From contig JAQGDQ010000190.1 in the NCBI GenBank assembly GCA_030141605.1, positions 124,001-188,000 on the forward strand: a DNA stretch of 64,000 nt, given 5' to 3'. This document shows positions 37,999 to 51,018 of this stretch, in pieces (the stretch's first letter is position 1; every line of letters starts with the position of its first letter). A model generated the notes under the pieces. It searched no databases. It was not told where the DNA came from and saw only the letters and a list, made by a program, of their open reading frames with translations. Position numbers and translations under genes: made by a program. Source of the stretch: Tubiluchus corallicola (taxonomy: Eukaryota; Animalia; Priapulida).

Positions 37999-38186
37999 TG
38001 CTCTTGTTGTTGTATCACCTCCCATCAAAATGTTATGTTACAGCTTTTGCGTCACACTTTAGTAGTTCATGAGTTCAGTTTGTTTAAGTGACATCGACCA
38101 GACAAATCCAGAAAAGTTCATAATGGTCACTTAAATTATATGCATATAATAATTATTTTCCTAATAATACGAAATTGTACAGGTAA

Positions 38187-38426
38187 TTATATATATATAT
38201 ATATGTTATATATATGTGTGTGTGTGTGTGTGTGCGTACGTGCGTGTGTGTGTGTGTGTGTGTGTGTGTCTGTTATGTAACATATGTTATGTTATATATA
38301 TTGTTATAGGTCACAGTTATACTGTTATATGTTATGTATGTATATATATATATATATATATATTTATGTTATATGCATATAAAACATGTGCATATATATA
38401 TATATGCGCATATAAAACATGTCATC

Positions 38427-38500
<74 letters not shown>

Positions 38501-38520
38501 GTCTCTCTCTCTCTCTCTCG
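38187..38520. repeat. Compound microsatellite (TA)n/(TG)n/(CT)n
   Basis: Directly visible dinucleotide arrays; they generate the spurious ORFs at 38216-38613. Confidence 0.95.
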
Positions 38521-40712
38521 GATGTGTTTGAAGTTGCTGTCAAGAATGAGAGAGGGAAACAAATTCGAGAAAAAGAAACGTGTCATACATCCTTGCCAAA
38601 CATAAAAACATAAGTAAAATGAAAATGTTTACTTATTTTAATAAATTATTTTTAATGAATTTACTGATACAAAAAGTGTAGTTTTTACATTAAAGTAGGC
38701 GATACACACAAAAAAGATAAAAAAAATATTATTAAAAACTAGTCCAGTCTATATACATGTTTACAAGAAGAGAATGTATTGTAATTTGTAAGTAATATTT
38801 TGAAACGCATTAGTATTAAAAGTGGAGATTTTTTGACATAATTACGTACATTTTTTGCATTGCATCATACAAATTTTTAATTACAGAAATTGGTTCTGAC
38901 TGGTTATTTTTTCACTGTTCATAAAATTATGATGACTAAAAATGTGTCCGTTAAAATATCATACTCAGATCTCACATTGTTTTAAATTATCATTTGCAAA
39001 TAAATGATTACACTATGTAAAGAGAAAGAGCTTAACATACACAATCATTAAAGCATTACACAGTAATCAGCATCTCAATAGCACCAGGACAATTAGAATA
39101 GTGTTAAATATATGCTCTAGATTTTGCTTCTACTTTAATTAAGTTCATTTATGCACGTATCTGTGCACTAGTCTTGTGTTAGTATTAGCGGAGAGGGGTA
39201 CTAGTATTAGTGAGCTATGAGGACCTCAACATTTATTGGTGTAAATCCTGCACTGTCTTAAAACGCGTAATCCTGCAGTGAGTTCCTTAAAATCATAATA
39301 CCGTTCCTACTTTTGGCCTGTTTTATAAATTATGTCCTACTCGGCATTGCTCGAGATGTTAGTAGGAAATTGATGCTAATTTAAGTGTCTCCAAAGACAT
39401 GATTCGTAACCCAAAAACCTATTTCTCTCGATATCAATTTCGTATTGCTGCTTATCGTTACATGTACAAATGAAAGCTTACATAGTAGTCCTCAAGGTTA
39501 ATAGGAAATTGTCACTAATAACATTGTAAAATGCAATCATACATGTATTTATGACACGTACTGCAATGGAAGGAAATTATGACACTCTATTAGCTATTTT
39601 TATTATGGGTAAATATTTTGCCATAGAATAATATTACTACGTAATTTTTCTTCCTAATTGTATGAGTTACTGCAAAGGGAATTTTTTAACGACCATGACC
39701 TATATCGCCAAGCAAGGATTTTTACTTCTGGGTGAATTTTCTCTAATGATCCTCAGTGACATGCACTACCTCCCCTATATTATGCTTCAACAAATCCAAA
39801 AAAACTGCTTTTCTCGGCATTTCTGAAAATAGCTCAATTACACATTTTGCCCCTTGTCGATAGAGAGCATGTTTGTACGTTTAGAGGTATAATTTTAGGC
39901 ATGTTCACATCAGAAAATCTAGTTGCAAAAACTATAAGAATGTGTTTACTTTGCAAAGTAGATACTTGCACTGAAATAAACATCATAACTTTAGAGTGTA
40001 CATTTTATATAATAAACGTAGTGATATTTAATGTACATTGTATATAAGCGTTTGTTGGTATGAAGGCATGTTGATGATAAAGCGGCTGACGTACGGCTGA
40101 CGTGATTAATGTCTACTTATATTTCATGTCTGACCATGGTTACATTGTTGTTAACTTGATAATGATAATTTATTCAATTGTTAACAAAAGAGTATCTAAA
40201 ACAGTAGGAAATAGAAATTTTTATTTCCGCTGGTTGTTTTCGCGCCGTATATGTACAAATGTGACCAGTTCAAGATTTGAGTAGTAGAAAGTCAACAGCG
40301 CATACATTATAAACTGTAGTAAGAATTGTGCGTGAATGACCTTCCGCCGGAACCTCACCACAGCCCACTCACTAACAACACGGTAACTGATGCACTTTTG
40401 ATTACTAGTTAAATTGTTATTAGCGCGGAAATGACAAACATTAAACAGAGTGTTAGTGACCGATATGCAAGGCAATAACAGTAAAATCACTAAAATTAGT
40501 ATACAGCAATTACAACCACGTTACACGCGCGCTTAATAACAGTACAGGCACAACAGTAGAACTGTGCAATAAACTAATAATTCATGTATGGTGCATATAG
40601 GACAACAATTAAGTTTTTACAGGCCGCCAGTATCAAGATATTTGCGTAAAAGCGAGCAATACTCGACAGCCTATCAGTTTATCATAAAAATCAAACTTTA
40701 CCAGGGTTAAGC

Positions 40713-40807
40713 AAGAGAAAGAAAGAAAGAAAGAAAGAGAGAGGGGGGAGGTGTAGAGGAGAGAGAGAAAGAGAGAGAGAGGAGGGGAGGGGAGGGAGAA
40801 AGGGGGA
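40713..40807. repeat. Polypurine (AAAG/AG/GAGG) tract
   Basis: About 95 nt of almost pure purine on the + strand. Confidence 0.9.
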
Positions 40808-41089
40808 TCGAATAAAGTTATGCACATTCAGCTTTATATTACTTGTACTTGTGTTTTGTATTTGCGGTGCACATTCCATTTTTTTCACATTCGTCTTGAG
40901 AATATAAGCTATAATTTGCAAAGATATTTCGCTTCATGCAGATCAAAACGAAACGTGCCGTTGCCTAAATTTACTTTCTTGAATTCGAGATCTTCATAAA
41001 ATGATTGCTAGTGTAGCTGTACAAAATTACGAGATAGAAGGTTTCGAACAAAATAAACAACAGTATAATTAGACATAAATTTTATCGAG

Positions 41090-41095
41090 TTTATT
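41090..41095 (-). terminator. Candidate poly(A) signal of the GT92 gene
   Basis: AATAAA on the minus strand about 440 nt after the stop, followed by GU/U-rich tgttgtttattttgtt. Confidence 0.4.
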
Positions 41096-41534
41096 GCAAT
41101 ATGCAAACCTTAATTTTAGAGAAAAAAATAACAAAATGAGACAAAGATACGTAATGGAATGGTTCCTCTATTTTAAACATGCGTAATCTTCATCTACAAG
41201 TATAGGCTACTGGAGGAAAGCTAATGAGTGACATTTTTTCAATTTACTTTGCTATCTACGATCACAACTACAAGCCAATAATTATTATGTGTACAAATAT
41301 GTCCTTTTGCGCAAAAATGAGTCCTATATTTCTGACTATTTAATAAATCGATCATTGCAGTAAAGCAATTATCACATAGAGACCTCCTTCCTATACTATA
41401 TAGGTTTTACACGTCCAATATAGGCCAATTTGTAAAACCACTGACAATTTATAACTCTAAATTCTACCTACAATAATCATAAGCTATGTTGACTAGATGC
41501 TATTATCATTCCAGACATGTAAGCTACATTTTAG

Positions 41535-43043
41535 CTAAAGAAACTGTAAACACTGTTTTTTCAATTTTTGTAATTTCACCTTCACAGCTGTGATCAATAA
41601 ATGTTTGTGACGGAAAAGTGTTTTGTCTACCACGCTTTTTTCTTTAAAATCACTTCTGCTGCTATAGCCTTGTCTATAATGATGAAGAAAGCCATCTGAA
41701 GGACTTACAATTACATCTTGATGACCGTATTTGGGATAAGCTGTATGTATACCAACACTGTCGATGCCCGCTGTTTTTACAATGTACTTAGTTCTGTAGG
41801 TTGGCCAAGGAATGGGTCTATACGTTGGCACTCTGCGGTGATTTTTCATAAAAAATAATTCATTTTCACCAAGACTGAAGTCATTCAAAGCCCGAGCAAG
41901 GCTTATCGGTGGTTTCGAGTCAAAATAGTAATTGCGAAACACGAAAACTTGCGCGTTTGGATGCAAAGTCGAATAATTTTCTAGAAACTGTTTGTAAGTA
42001 TTTGTTTGATTAGGAACTATTACTTCATCTATATCATTGAACAAGAGATACTGAACCTTTCTTTTGTTCCTTTGAAAACAGTCGTTGAATTGCACAATCT
42101 GACCGTGGAAATGAATATCCCACGGTTTCGATTCAGGATCCTTAAAACTGCCGCCTTTTATATCTTTTGAGCTGAAGTCGAAATGGACTACTTCAAGAAG
42201 ACCATCGTCTACATAACTTTGCAAGACGCAGTCTACAAGAGGTGTATGTTGAGAAGCGTTGTAAATACTTATTGTGTCCACACCTAAGATCTTGTACATC
42301 TCAAACGCTTCCACAATGTGAAACGCTTCTGAGTAATTATTGTAAAGAACCGAAATGCACAAACCTAAGCGATGTGAATAGCCATCGATGTCGTGGTTAT
42401 TAACAGTTAATGTATTATTGAGATCTCTACTTGTATCATCGTGACTGATAGATACACTATCTGGCACTACGCTACAGTTGCGCAAGGCACATATAAACCT
42501 AGCAGCCGAGTAGTCCCTATTCTGAACTTCGCGGAAAATATTAACTCTAGCTTTTGTAACTTCTTGGATGTTGCTTTGATATTGAAGGTGGCAAGATAAA
42601 TTCAATGCAGTCTTCCTGTTGTCCACCACCTTGGTTAAGCCGATGACGACCACACTGCAATGTGAGGACGCTGCAAAGCATTGATCGCAGAATGCGGAAT
42701 ATACGGCCGCCGGCTGTCCTGTGACGTACTGCCACTGATGATTCTTTGGCAGCATCTGACCAGGGTCCACCTTTGCTGTGGTCAGCGGCTTAAACTTTGT
42801 TACAACTGCAACACAACTTCCGTCTTTGCATCCTACCTGCACGGATTCTGATTCTTCTGTGCTGCCGTTTAATAATATTCTTTTGTTATACCGTAAGACA
42901 TAGTCAGGTAGATCCGGATCACACAAATTATTCGTACAATACAAGACGCTAAAATACTGTATTATCCACAGAATATTTAATGTTAGTACAATTGAAATCA
43001 CAGAAATGAAGACACGAGTTTGATGTCTTTTAATTCTTGCCAT
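41535..43043 (-). CDS. Glycosyltransferase family 92 (DUF23, galt-1-like) type II membrane protein, 502 aa, intronless CDS
   Basis: First in-frame ATG at 43043 (the ORF track starts at an upstream TTG). N-terminal basic tail plus TM (VFISVISIVLTLNILWII). GT92-type motifs LGLCISVLY, EMYKILGVDTISIY, GQIVQFNDC, DxD in FNDIDEVIVP, KYIV...VGIH, LHHYR. Splice acceptor ttatttgcag precedes 43149, inside the 5' UTR. Confidence 0.85.
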   Translation of the reverse strand: MARIKRHQTRVFISVISIVLTLNILWIIQYFSVLYCTNNLCDPDLPDYVLRYNKRILLNGSTEESESVQVGCKDGSCVAVVTKFKPLTTAKVDPGQMLPKNHQWQYVTGQPAAVYSAFCDQCFAASSHCSVVVIGLTKVVDNRKTALNLSCHLQYQSNIQEVTKARVNIFREVQNRDYSAARFICALRNCSVVPDSVSISHDDTSRDLNNTLTVNNHDIDGYSHRLGLCISVLYNNYSEAFHIVEAFEMYKILGVDTISIYNASQHTPLVDCVLQSYVDDGLLEVVHFDFSSKDIKGGSFKDPESKPWDIHFHGQIVQFNDCFQRNKRKVQYLLFNDIDEVIVPNQTNTYKQFLENYSTLHPNAQVFVFRNYYFDSKPPISLARALNDFSLGENELFFMKNHRRVPTYRPIPWPTYRTKYIVKTAGIDSVGIHTAYPKYGHQDVIVSPSDGFLHHYRQGYSSRSDFKEKSVVDKTLFRHKHLLITAVKVKLQKLKKQCLQFL

Positions 43044-46000
43044 TATTCGGATGATAGCCTCCAAAATCTCCAACAAGTATTACCGGTATATCAAATATCG
43101 TTAGCTATCACATCTGCAAATGTCAACTTCGCTTTCCATGAAAATTCATCTGCAAATAAAAATGGGCATCATTAGTTTACTCAACGCGAATAGCCTACTT
43201 TCACTGTCTGTGGCCACGAACGAAAAACAAAGCTCTAGGCATGTGCTCTACTCGTAAAGAAATGTAACCTATTTATACAATGCTAGCCTCAATTAGGTTT
43301 TGTACAGACCTCTAGGGTAGAAGTGCCACACTGCTAGACTGCACGGTTTTGGAGTCAGTGAGTTGTAGCAAACGATATACAATTTGGCGAATAAGAGCTC
43401 CAAGTGGGCTGTCAACCGATAATAATAATAACCGGATTACGGTAGTCTAGGCTAAGAGTCATTAGTACTCTCTGAAAAACTGCAGAAAATTACGATTAGA
43501 CATCTACAACGCATTTAGAGTTATTTTAAGCCAAAATAATCTTTTAGAGACTGATCCAGTAAATGAGACTTCAGTAATGGCCAAAAGCATCTGTACTTGT
43601 TTAAAGCAGTAATTATAAAAATTGTCTTTATAATTTTGTTATTAGCATTATTTGCTCTCATTAACGGTTTCACAATATCATAAATTAATTAAAATTACAA
43701 TGACGACATTAAATGTGTCCTTTATACATTCTCAGTACATCATCAATGACATGTTGACAGTTTGCACCACAAAAACAATAATAACGGATATTGATCATAA
43801 AAAATTATAACAAAAACCACGTCGCGTATAATCACATGTAAGGCTATAATCCTAGGATAAAATTTATGGCTATCTTAACTATCTTCTGCTGAGCTGCTAA
43901 TAAAAAGAGCAAATACGTTTTCGCTAATTATGGATTTTCAATGTAAGCTACCAATGCCACATGAGTGCACACGTGAATCTAGGTTAATAAGATTGAGAAG
44001 CGTTAATCTCTTCTTAACTTTCCCGTGTTCATATAAACTAGATACAATACAAAAGTCCATGATAACAGTATGACTGAGTGACTTCCTATACTAGGGCGCT
44101 CTGTAAGGTCAGAATCACAATATAGTAATTTATTGCTTCTTGTACATCACAGTGGAGTAATTAGTAAAAATCTTAGAACAAAAAAACAGAAATGCGTCGT
44201 TTTTATGAATTTCTCATTTATTTTTTGTTTTAAAAAAGTTATATTGTAAAACAGCTATATTGTAGTGTTTTTAATCATTTCAGAAACGCGGCTCTCAAGT
44301 CATAGCTAGAAATTGGTCAATTGTTAGACTCCATGATTTAGACTCAACACAAATCCATCTATAACTTACTGGCATTATAAAAATTATAATGGCTCGTATT
44401 CTGACAGAACCCACTCATACAGACCCGCGGCCAACTGTTTACGAAATTTGCATCTAAAAAGTACAGACAAGAATAACATTTATAAATTTGTAAACTAGGT
44501 TTGGAACAGGCTGTAATTTTAATCTTGTTCTTTTTTGTTGTTGTTGTTTTAGATTGTCTTCTTTCAAGTTTTAAATTCGCGTCTCTCGCAGCCTGTTCTA
44601 AACTATGAATAATATTGTGTGGTCAACAACTTTTCCACAAAGCTTCATTTAGAATTGATAGCGGTTTGGAAAAATTCAACATTTTTATTCCTCTTTTTGT
44701 GAAAAGAATTATAATTGTTAGATTACAATGAACGCCATATTAAGATTCAAACAACGTAACTTCATTGACTGCCTTGCTAGCGCTATTTCCAACTGAACGA
44801 CATTTTTCACAGATGAGTCACAATTTTTATTAAAACACACATACTTTGATCACGTATTTAAATGTTCGATGTACTTGCCGTACTAAGTTTACTATAAGGT
44901 ACTTCAAACATAAAAATTACTTGTTGTACTTTTTTGCGGCTCAAAACAATATTAAAACGTTCTGTATTTCACACAGTGTGAAATTTGCACTCATCATTCG
45001 TGCACTTTGCTATATCTACACAATTTGCTCAATCGTGTGCAGTATTACATTTCATACCTAATTATTAATTTATGTTACATTACTTATTCGCAAGTTGCGA
45101 AAGTTAATTGACATGCACCTGACGCTCATTATAAAACTGATATATACGCATCATAAGAAAAAATAATTTTATATTGCTAATTCTACGTTGTGTAGGCGTT
45201 TTTGGTTTACCGATTTACCTATTTTACTCACTTTAGCTTAAAATTATATAAGCTTAACACATACACAATATGCAATTATTAGTCACGTAAAATAAGTACT
45301 GCTTGGGTAATTGCGTAGAATTGTAGATGAAAATGGTATACATCGGGGCAGTAGTGATTATTTATAGTTTTACTGGTACAGTAAGTAGTTTTTACATACG
45401 GCGCAATTTTTACGAAGTGGGGTTTTGAATTTTTACCTTAGCTCTAATTGATTTTTTTCGTTATTGCGGAAACCCTTTCTTGGGCCTTCAGGATATGAAT
45501 TATGTGAACAAAGTTACGTACACCTCTTTTTTATTATTTAAATTTAATAATTTTTTACGTACAATGTATTGAAAAGCAAAAATATAAATTATTTATTAAA
45601 ATTTGAACTGTAGACGGAGCAAACTAATTGGACTTTTTTGTTTAAACGATAAGTACACAAGTTTTTCATACTACGTAAACGATATAATTTTTAAAATAGT
45701 TATCTTTAACTGTCATGTTAACTGTGTGGTTAGTCTATAATACACGATATTTTAAATATTTTAAAAAGTATACTTTTAAATTTTAACTTACACATTACCT
45801 TTATATATTCCATTATATTTTCGTTGCGACCTTCAGAATCTTCAGGGAGCTACTCATTCTCAGCACACGCCTATTTCCCCAACTTTCCCCAACTAGGCAA
45901 ATCTTTTCCTATTTTGTTGTTAGCCTAAATCCTGTTTGCTAAGCCTAAAGGCAATGCGCAATTGAATAAGCCGGAAAAAACTTTAAATGCGCCGCTATTT

Positions 46001-46497
46001 TGCAAGAAATGAGCAAAGCAACGCACCTGCAGTGCGTTTTTGAAATGCACCTGATAAACTGATAACTATGTTTAACTAAATTCCGCCCAAGTTTTAGCAA
46101 GTTTAATTACATAATATATAAAAAGCTTAATTTTAAAGACCTGGGCGTGTTTTGCGTTTCTTATTTTCTGTAAGATTCTGCCTTACCTTATCTTAATCTT
46201 ACGTTATTTCTAGCAAAGTAGTCTTCTAGAAAATCGTTTCATACGAACCCTTTTTCCGCATCCTCAAAAGAGGCCTTATAAATGTCTCTTTTATAGCCCA
46301 GTGTTGTCCAAAATACGTCTAAACACGATGCGTATACATCGTCGTAGTAAGCTGTTTACATGAAACTGCAATTCTATGTGCGAAAATGATTCTCTTCACA
46401 GACTGTTGAGAGTAATATTGAAATTACACTTAATTCAGACGTAACCATTATTATTTTTCAGATACCATTTTTCACAGGAATCGTGTAAGTTTATTAC

Positions 46498-46543
46498 TTG
46501 AGCCAACAGGATACTTCAGTCTCAAGCAATCCTGTTGGCTCAA
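46498..46543. repeat. Hairpin with perfect 15-bp stem
   Basis: TTGAGCCAACAGGAT-(16 nt)-ATCCTGTTGGCTCAA. Confidence 0.85.
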
Positions 46544-47013
46544 ATTAACAGTACAAAAATTGTGGGTTCATTAGAAAGGACGAAAACGGAATTTAAATTA
46601 TATCGCAAAGAACTTTCCATACAAAGTTATATTTGTGAGCATTACGCTTACCTGTCTAAAAGACATATGTAATTGGAAAAGAAAATTCTTAATCATTTTT
46701 TCAAACTGTACACAATGTTATCTAAACCTTTCCAAACGACTTTCCGTTAAAATGGCTGCACCTAACAGTCATGGTAGGAGTTTAAATTTACAAGTTTTAT
46801 ACAGCGTTACTGCTAACGCAAGTCTGTTGCAATAAGGCAGTGTGTAAGCGATACAAAAATTTCGGGACAAATTTTGCAAGCTTTATTTAGGAAGAGTGTT
46901 TTCTTGTCGTTTAAATAGTCAATAAAAGTCTTGTCGAAAAACAATGTCCAGACTTTACCTCCGCGTAAAAACGACCCACAGTGTGGACTATACTGATTGC
47001 ATAGATTTAGACT

Positions 47014-47158
47014 GCATGTATCTATTCAAAAATTGAATGGCTCTATCCTTTACTTTTGTACTACAGAGCAGAATAAGGCTCTGAGTCTTAGACGCTCATT
47101 TGGCTCCGCAGTACAAAAGTAAACGATAGAGCTACTCAATTTTTGAATAGATACCTGC
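47014..47158. mobile_element. Fold-back palindrome / MITE-like element (~145 bp)
   Basis: About 55-bp arms: gtatctattcaaaaattgaatggctctatcctttacttttgtactacagagc versus reverse complement gtatctattcaaaaattgagtagctctatcgtttacttttgtactgcggagc. Confidence 0.75.
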
Positions 47159-49621
47159 TATTTCTGAACCACATTTATGAACATTCAAACGAAAGAGGTT
47201 CTCAAGAGTTACTGGTTAGGTCATAGTTGCATGTAGGTTTTTGCATCGCTAGGCTACCTACCAGATACCTCAACTGGTGGCACTAGTTACACGGAAAAAT
47301 TATGAAACACAACTACGTGTATGCATAACTACGCGGGCTATACAAAAGCAGTTTTTTTTACTTAACTGTGTTGCAGCGCGGACTAAGGTTTTCATGCGTG
47401 AAGCACGAATATTTTGGATTCACAATAATGCGGAATAAACGACACAAACATTGAATTTTCGAAACCAAACTTTACTGAACTGAAGTAAATGGGCAAAACT
47501 TGTGATGAAGTCTGGAACTGAATCAAGAATCAAGGTTGTACGAGGAATTTGCGAGGTCAGAAAAATCGTTTGCTCATGTTGTAAATTATTTGTTGTAGCT
47601 CTTGCTGAGCATATTTTGTCATTTTTTACTAAGATCGCGGTGCACGAAAGTAAAAAAACATAAACTTGCCCCTTTCTTATTACACGATGTCAGATACATA
47701 CTTGTAAGTTATAACCCTAAGATTATCCTCGTGATTCAGCTGATTATTTAGTTTGCTAATGCAGGGTGTGTAGTCAAAAGCAGTTAAAACGGCCCACCTG
47801 GCGATTTTAAACCGGTAATCCTGTAATCAGAGACGAATGACAGCAGTGGTATGAGAACATGGCATTTAGTCAAAAGCATGAAAGTGGATGTTAGTCAGAC
47901 CACCTCATGGAGGTAAAAGGTTTTACTTTAGAAAATATTGGATGCAGCAAAGGGAACGCGCTACACGCATGCAGCTAAGAATAAGCACATGATAAATCCA
48001 GAATTCCTACACAAGATACTGGTACAGTAATTTAAGTAATTCCTGTCCTACGCAGACACAGTAATTTAAGGGGTATGAATTATAATTTTGCTTAAATGGA
48101 ATCTTGCTGAAAGAAGGTGAACGGAGTGAAAGGGTCTAAAGAGTTTCGTTTGATATTATATTGTTGCTTCTATAACGGAACTTCAGAGCTTGAGTTTAAC
48201 AGTGTGGTGTGTGTGATTTTCAACGCAGTTTTAACTGCTTCTTGATATTGAAACACAAACATTGTTTCCACTTAGAACACTACTTGTATTGCTAGTAATT
48301 GTGTCTTCTCAAAACAACATGTAACATTGCTACTGCAATGCTATTCAACAGCAGGTAAATAAAGGTAAAAGGAAACAGCGAGGCAGTGAAAAACTATCCC
48401 AGTATAGAATAACGGTTTATTCTACAACAATTTTTATAGGTGCCCGTTTTCTAAGAGACGAAAACTCTGGAGTATGTATAATAATTGCAAAAGTGAATAC
48501 ACAATCAGTACATAAAAAATATTGAAACTTGTTAGCAACGTATTGAAAATATTGAAAAAGTAGCCGTTGTCTACTTTTACAGGCTACAAGTTAATTGCTA
48601 TTATTATTATTTGAATTTTAAATATAACCTTATTTTTCATTATTCCTTTGCTGTCTTCGCCCTGCATAATAGTAAAGAAGCCAGCGTACAAAGTCACTCC
48701 AGAAAAATCAGGAATCAACTGACAAGGACAACTAGCAAAACGGAGTACATGTATGCATCACAAATGGCATTACAAGTAGAAGCTGTTGACCAAACCTGAT
48801 CCACAGCTTCATGTCCCACGGAATCCCGCCAGGGAATGGGGACTAAGTCTAAGATCTGAAGTTCGTGAAGCTCGAATAAAATACAGTGCACTTTATTTCG
48901 GAATCTTCAGTAAAAACGGGATTTTTTTTAAAATACTGACCTACAATAACTCTACTTTAACCAAATCACTGAGACGTTGGCTCGTTTTAGCTACGTAGTT
49001 CGACAGAATAGTGAACCAACTTTAAGCGAAGATCATAACTGACTGCCTGGCAAGACGTTAAAAATCAGTTGCCAAGGACTATCTGGAAAAGGCTGAAAAA
49101 TCATCACTCAGCGGGCTTGTCTCATGCCATCAAGCACCCTACAGGCTTAAATCTACACAGATTAATCTTTTTTTCAGTTTTCATTTCTGCATGTGCCACT
49201 AGGAAGTGACTACAGATACTATCTTTTGTAAAAAATGAACATGGCCATCGTTTAATGTCGTTGATAATTCGAGGTCACAAAATTTTCAAACGAACGTTTA
49301 AAGAAAGCTCACGTTCAATGTAACGTTACAAATAATCCCTAAACAAACACCAAGAAGTTAAAGGCGTTTATTTTAAAGCAGTCTAGAGTTAATTAGATGA
49401 AAGCACTGTTCTTTGCTCTAGCCTCAGAGGAAATCTAGCGGAAGAAAGTTATTTCAGTCGATTAGGTTCTTACATGTACAGGGAGGAGTTCTCTGAAATC
49501 ACGTAAAATGTGCAAAAACGCTGTAACAACAAAGTAATGTTTACTCACTGTTGGCGGTACCACGGTCAACATTTTACTATTCATTTTCGCCCAACAATTT
49601 TTCATTTTACGAATTACAATT

Positions 49622-49650
49622 GGGTGGGTGGGGGTGGGGGTGGGGTGGGG
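49622..49650 (+). other. G-quadruplex-forming motif
   Basis: gggtgggtgggggtgggggtggggtgggg: six G-runs with 1-nt loops. Confidence 0.7.
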
Positions 49651-49837
49651 TTGGAAAACGGCTTGGCGTAAAACAAGATGACAAAATTTTAGCGTTTTTT
49701 CGTATAGAAAACAATTTTAATGACGCATTTTTCGGCAAAGGTAAACAGATATATTTCAGTGATTGTCTTACATTAAATATCACGTAACCCTAGTTAATGT
49801 TTTTTCCTAGGGGTCACAATGACTTTAAAAATAAATT

Positions 49838-50049
49838 AAAGTCAAATCACCTTCTGCCAAATCAGCCGATTGAATTAATAAATGATTCTTTAATTTAAAT
49901 GAATTATTTACTTTATATATATATTTACATAGATGCATACAAATATATATATTTATGTATATGTATAATTAAAAACTAAAGAATTCATTTAAATTAAAGA
50001 ATCATTCATTAATTCAATCGGTTGATTTGGCGGAAGGTGATTTGACTTT
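49838..50049. mobile_element. Fold-back palindrome / MITE-like element with AT-microsatellite core
   Basis: About 68-bp arms aaagtcaaatcaccttctgccaaatcagccgattgaattaataaatgattctttaatttaaatgaatt with a near-perfect reverse complement; (TA)n arrays inside and downstream. Confidence 0.75.
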
Positions 50050-50153
50050 CCCTCGGTTGATTTGTATACATACACATATATATATATATATATATATATT
50101 ATTGTATAATATAATGCACTAATGTTATGAACTAATATACATGAATGAACTAT

Positions 50154-50196
<43 letters not shown>

Positions 50197-51012
50197 GAAC
50201 TAGGAGAGATGTCTCATCATCTGCTTCTCAATCAGAAAAACTACAGCTAGAATCAGTATGGTCACTGAAACCCCCAGAGCAAGCATTGGAAGCACCCATC
50301 CATTCCAACTATTCAGCTCCGTCATGCTCGTTTAAAAAAATTGTTTTCAGCTTTTTTGACTTTACGAAAAAATTGCTTAAAACGTGTTTGCGAAGTCCTA
50401 TCAGAGGCCCTGTATCATTGGTCGTATTTCCCGTGAGCACTGAACCTTTGTGAGGTTTGCTTGCTTTTACTCGAAAAGAATAAAATAACGCCATAAGTAG
50501 AAAAAAATCGAAGACGACCAATGGTTTGTTTAGATAACAGCACAGTATGTAGTACACACAAAAACACCCAATTGCAAGCGTGCGTTTTTCTTAGCCTTGC
50601 ACTTTAAACAATTGATGTATTTACAGTGATTACAGACAGATAATGGCGTTCATTGACTAACAGTTGAGTGTAACTAAGTTAGAGCATGGGTAGAGTAAAC
50701 TAAATGCTAACTTTAGCTCTAATAATAATGTTTTCACAAATTTTCACTGTAACCTTACAAGGTTACAGCTGAATTCTCCCCGAGTCCGACATATATTCTT
50801 CACATTCACCGAAAAACGGCGAAAATGACCTTTTGTTTCGTTTGCAGACATGACAACATACATATACCATGTAAATCCCTAGGCCAACAGAAACTTAAAA
50901 TGCACAATTAGAAACTTATCCTGGTAGTCACGCAATCGCGTACATGTTGAAATTATTTTGTCAGGTATACAGCTCAAACTAAAAAATACAAACCAATGAG
51001 GTCAGTTTTCCT

Positions 51013-51018
51013 TTTATT
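51013..51018 (-). terminator. Candidate distal poly(A) signal of CRTC (implies ~4.6 kb 3' UTR)
   Basis: AATAAA on the minus strand followed by GU/U-rich ttggtttgtattttttagtttg; no coding signal between it and the stop at 55621. Other AATAAA hexamers lie closer. Confidence 0.35.

Noticed and set aside
38216-38613. Three overlapping ORFs (CVCV/YIYI/LSLS)
   Set aside because: Microsatellite artefacts.
37030-41500. Search for a head-to-head PET100 as next to human XAB2
   Set aside because: No PET100-like peptide recognised on the + strand; only TE remnants and microsatellites.
48786-48998. ORF with LHVPRNPAREWGLSL resembling the RTE LY.PR..GG.GL motif
   Set aside because: A single weak motif with no supporting flanks.
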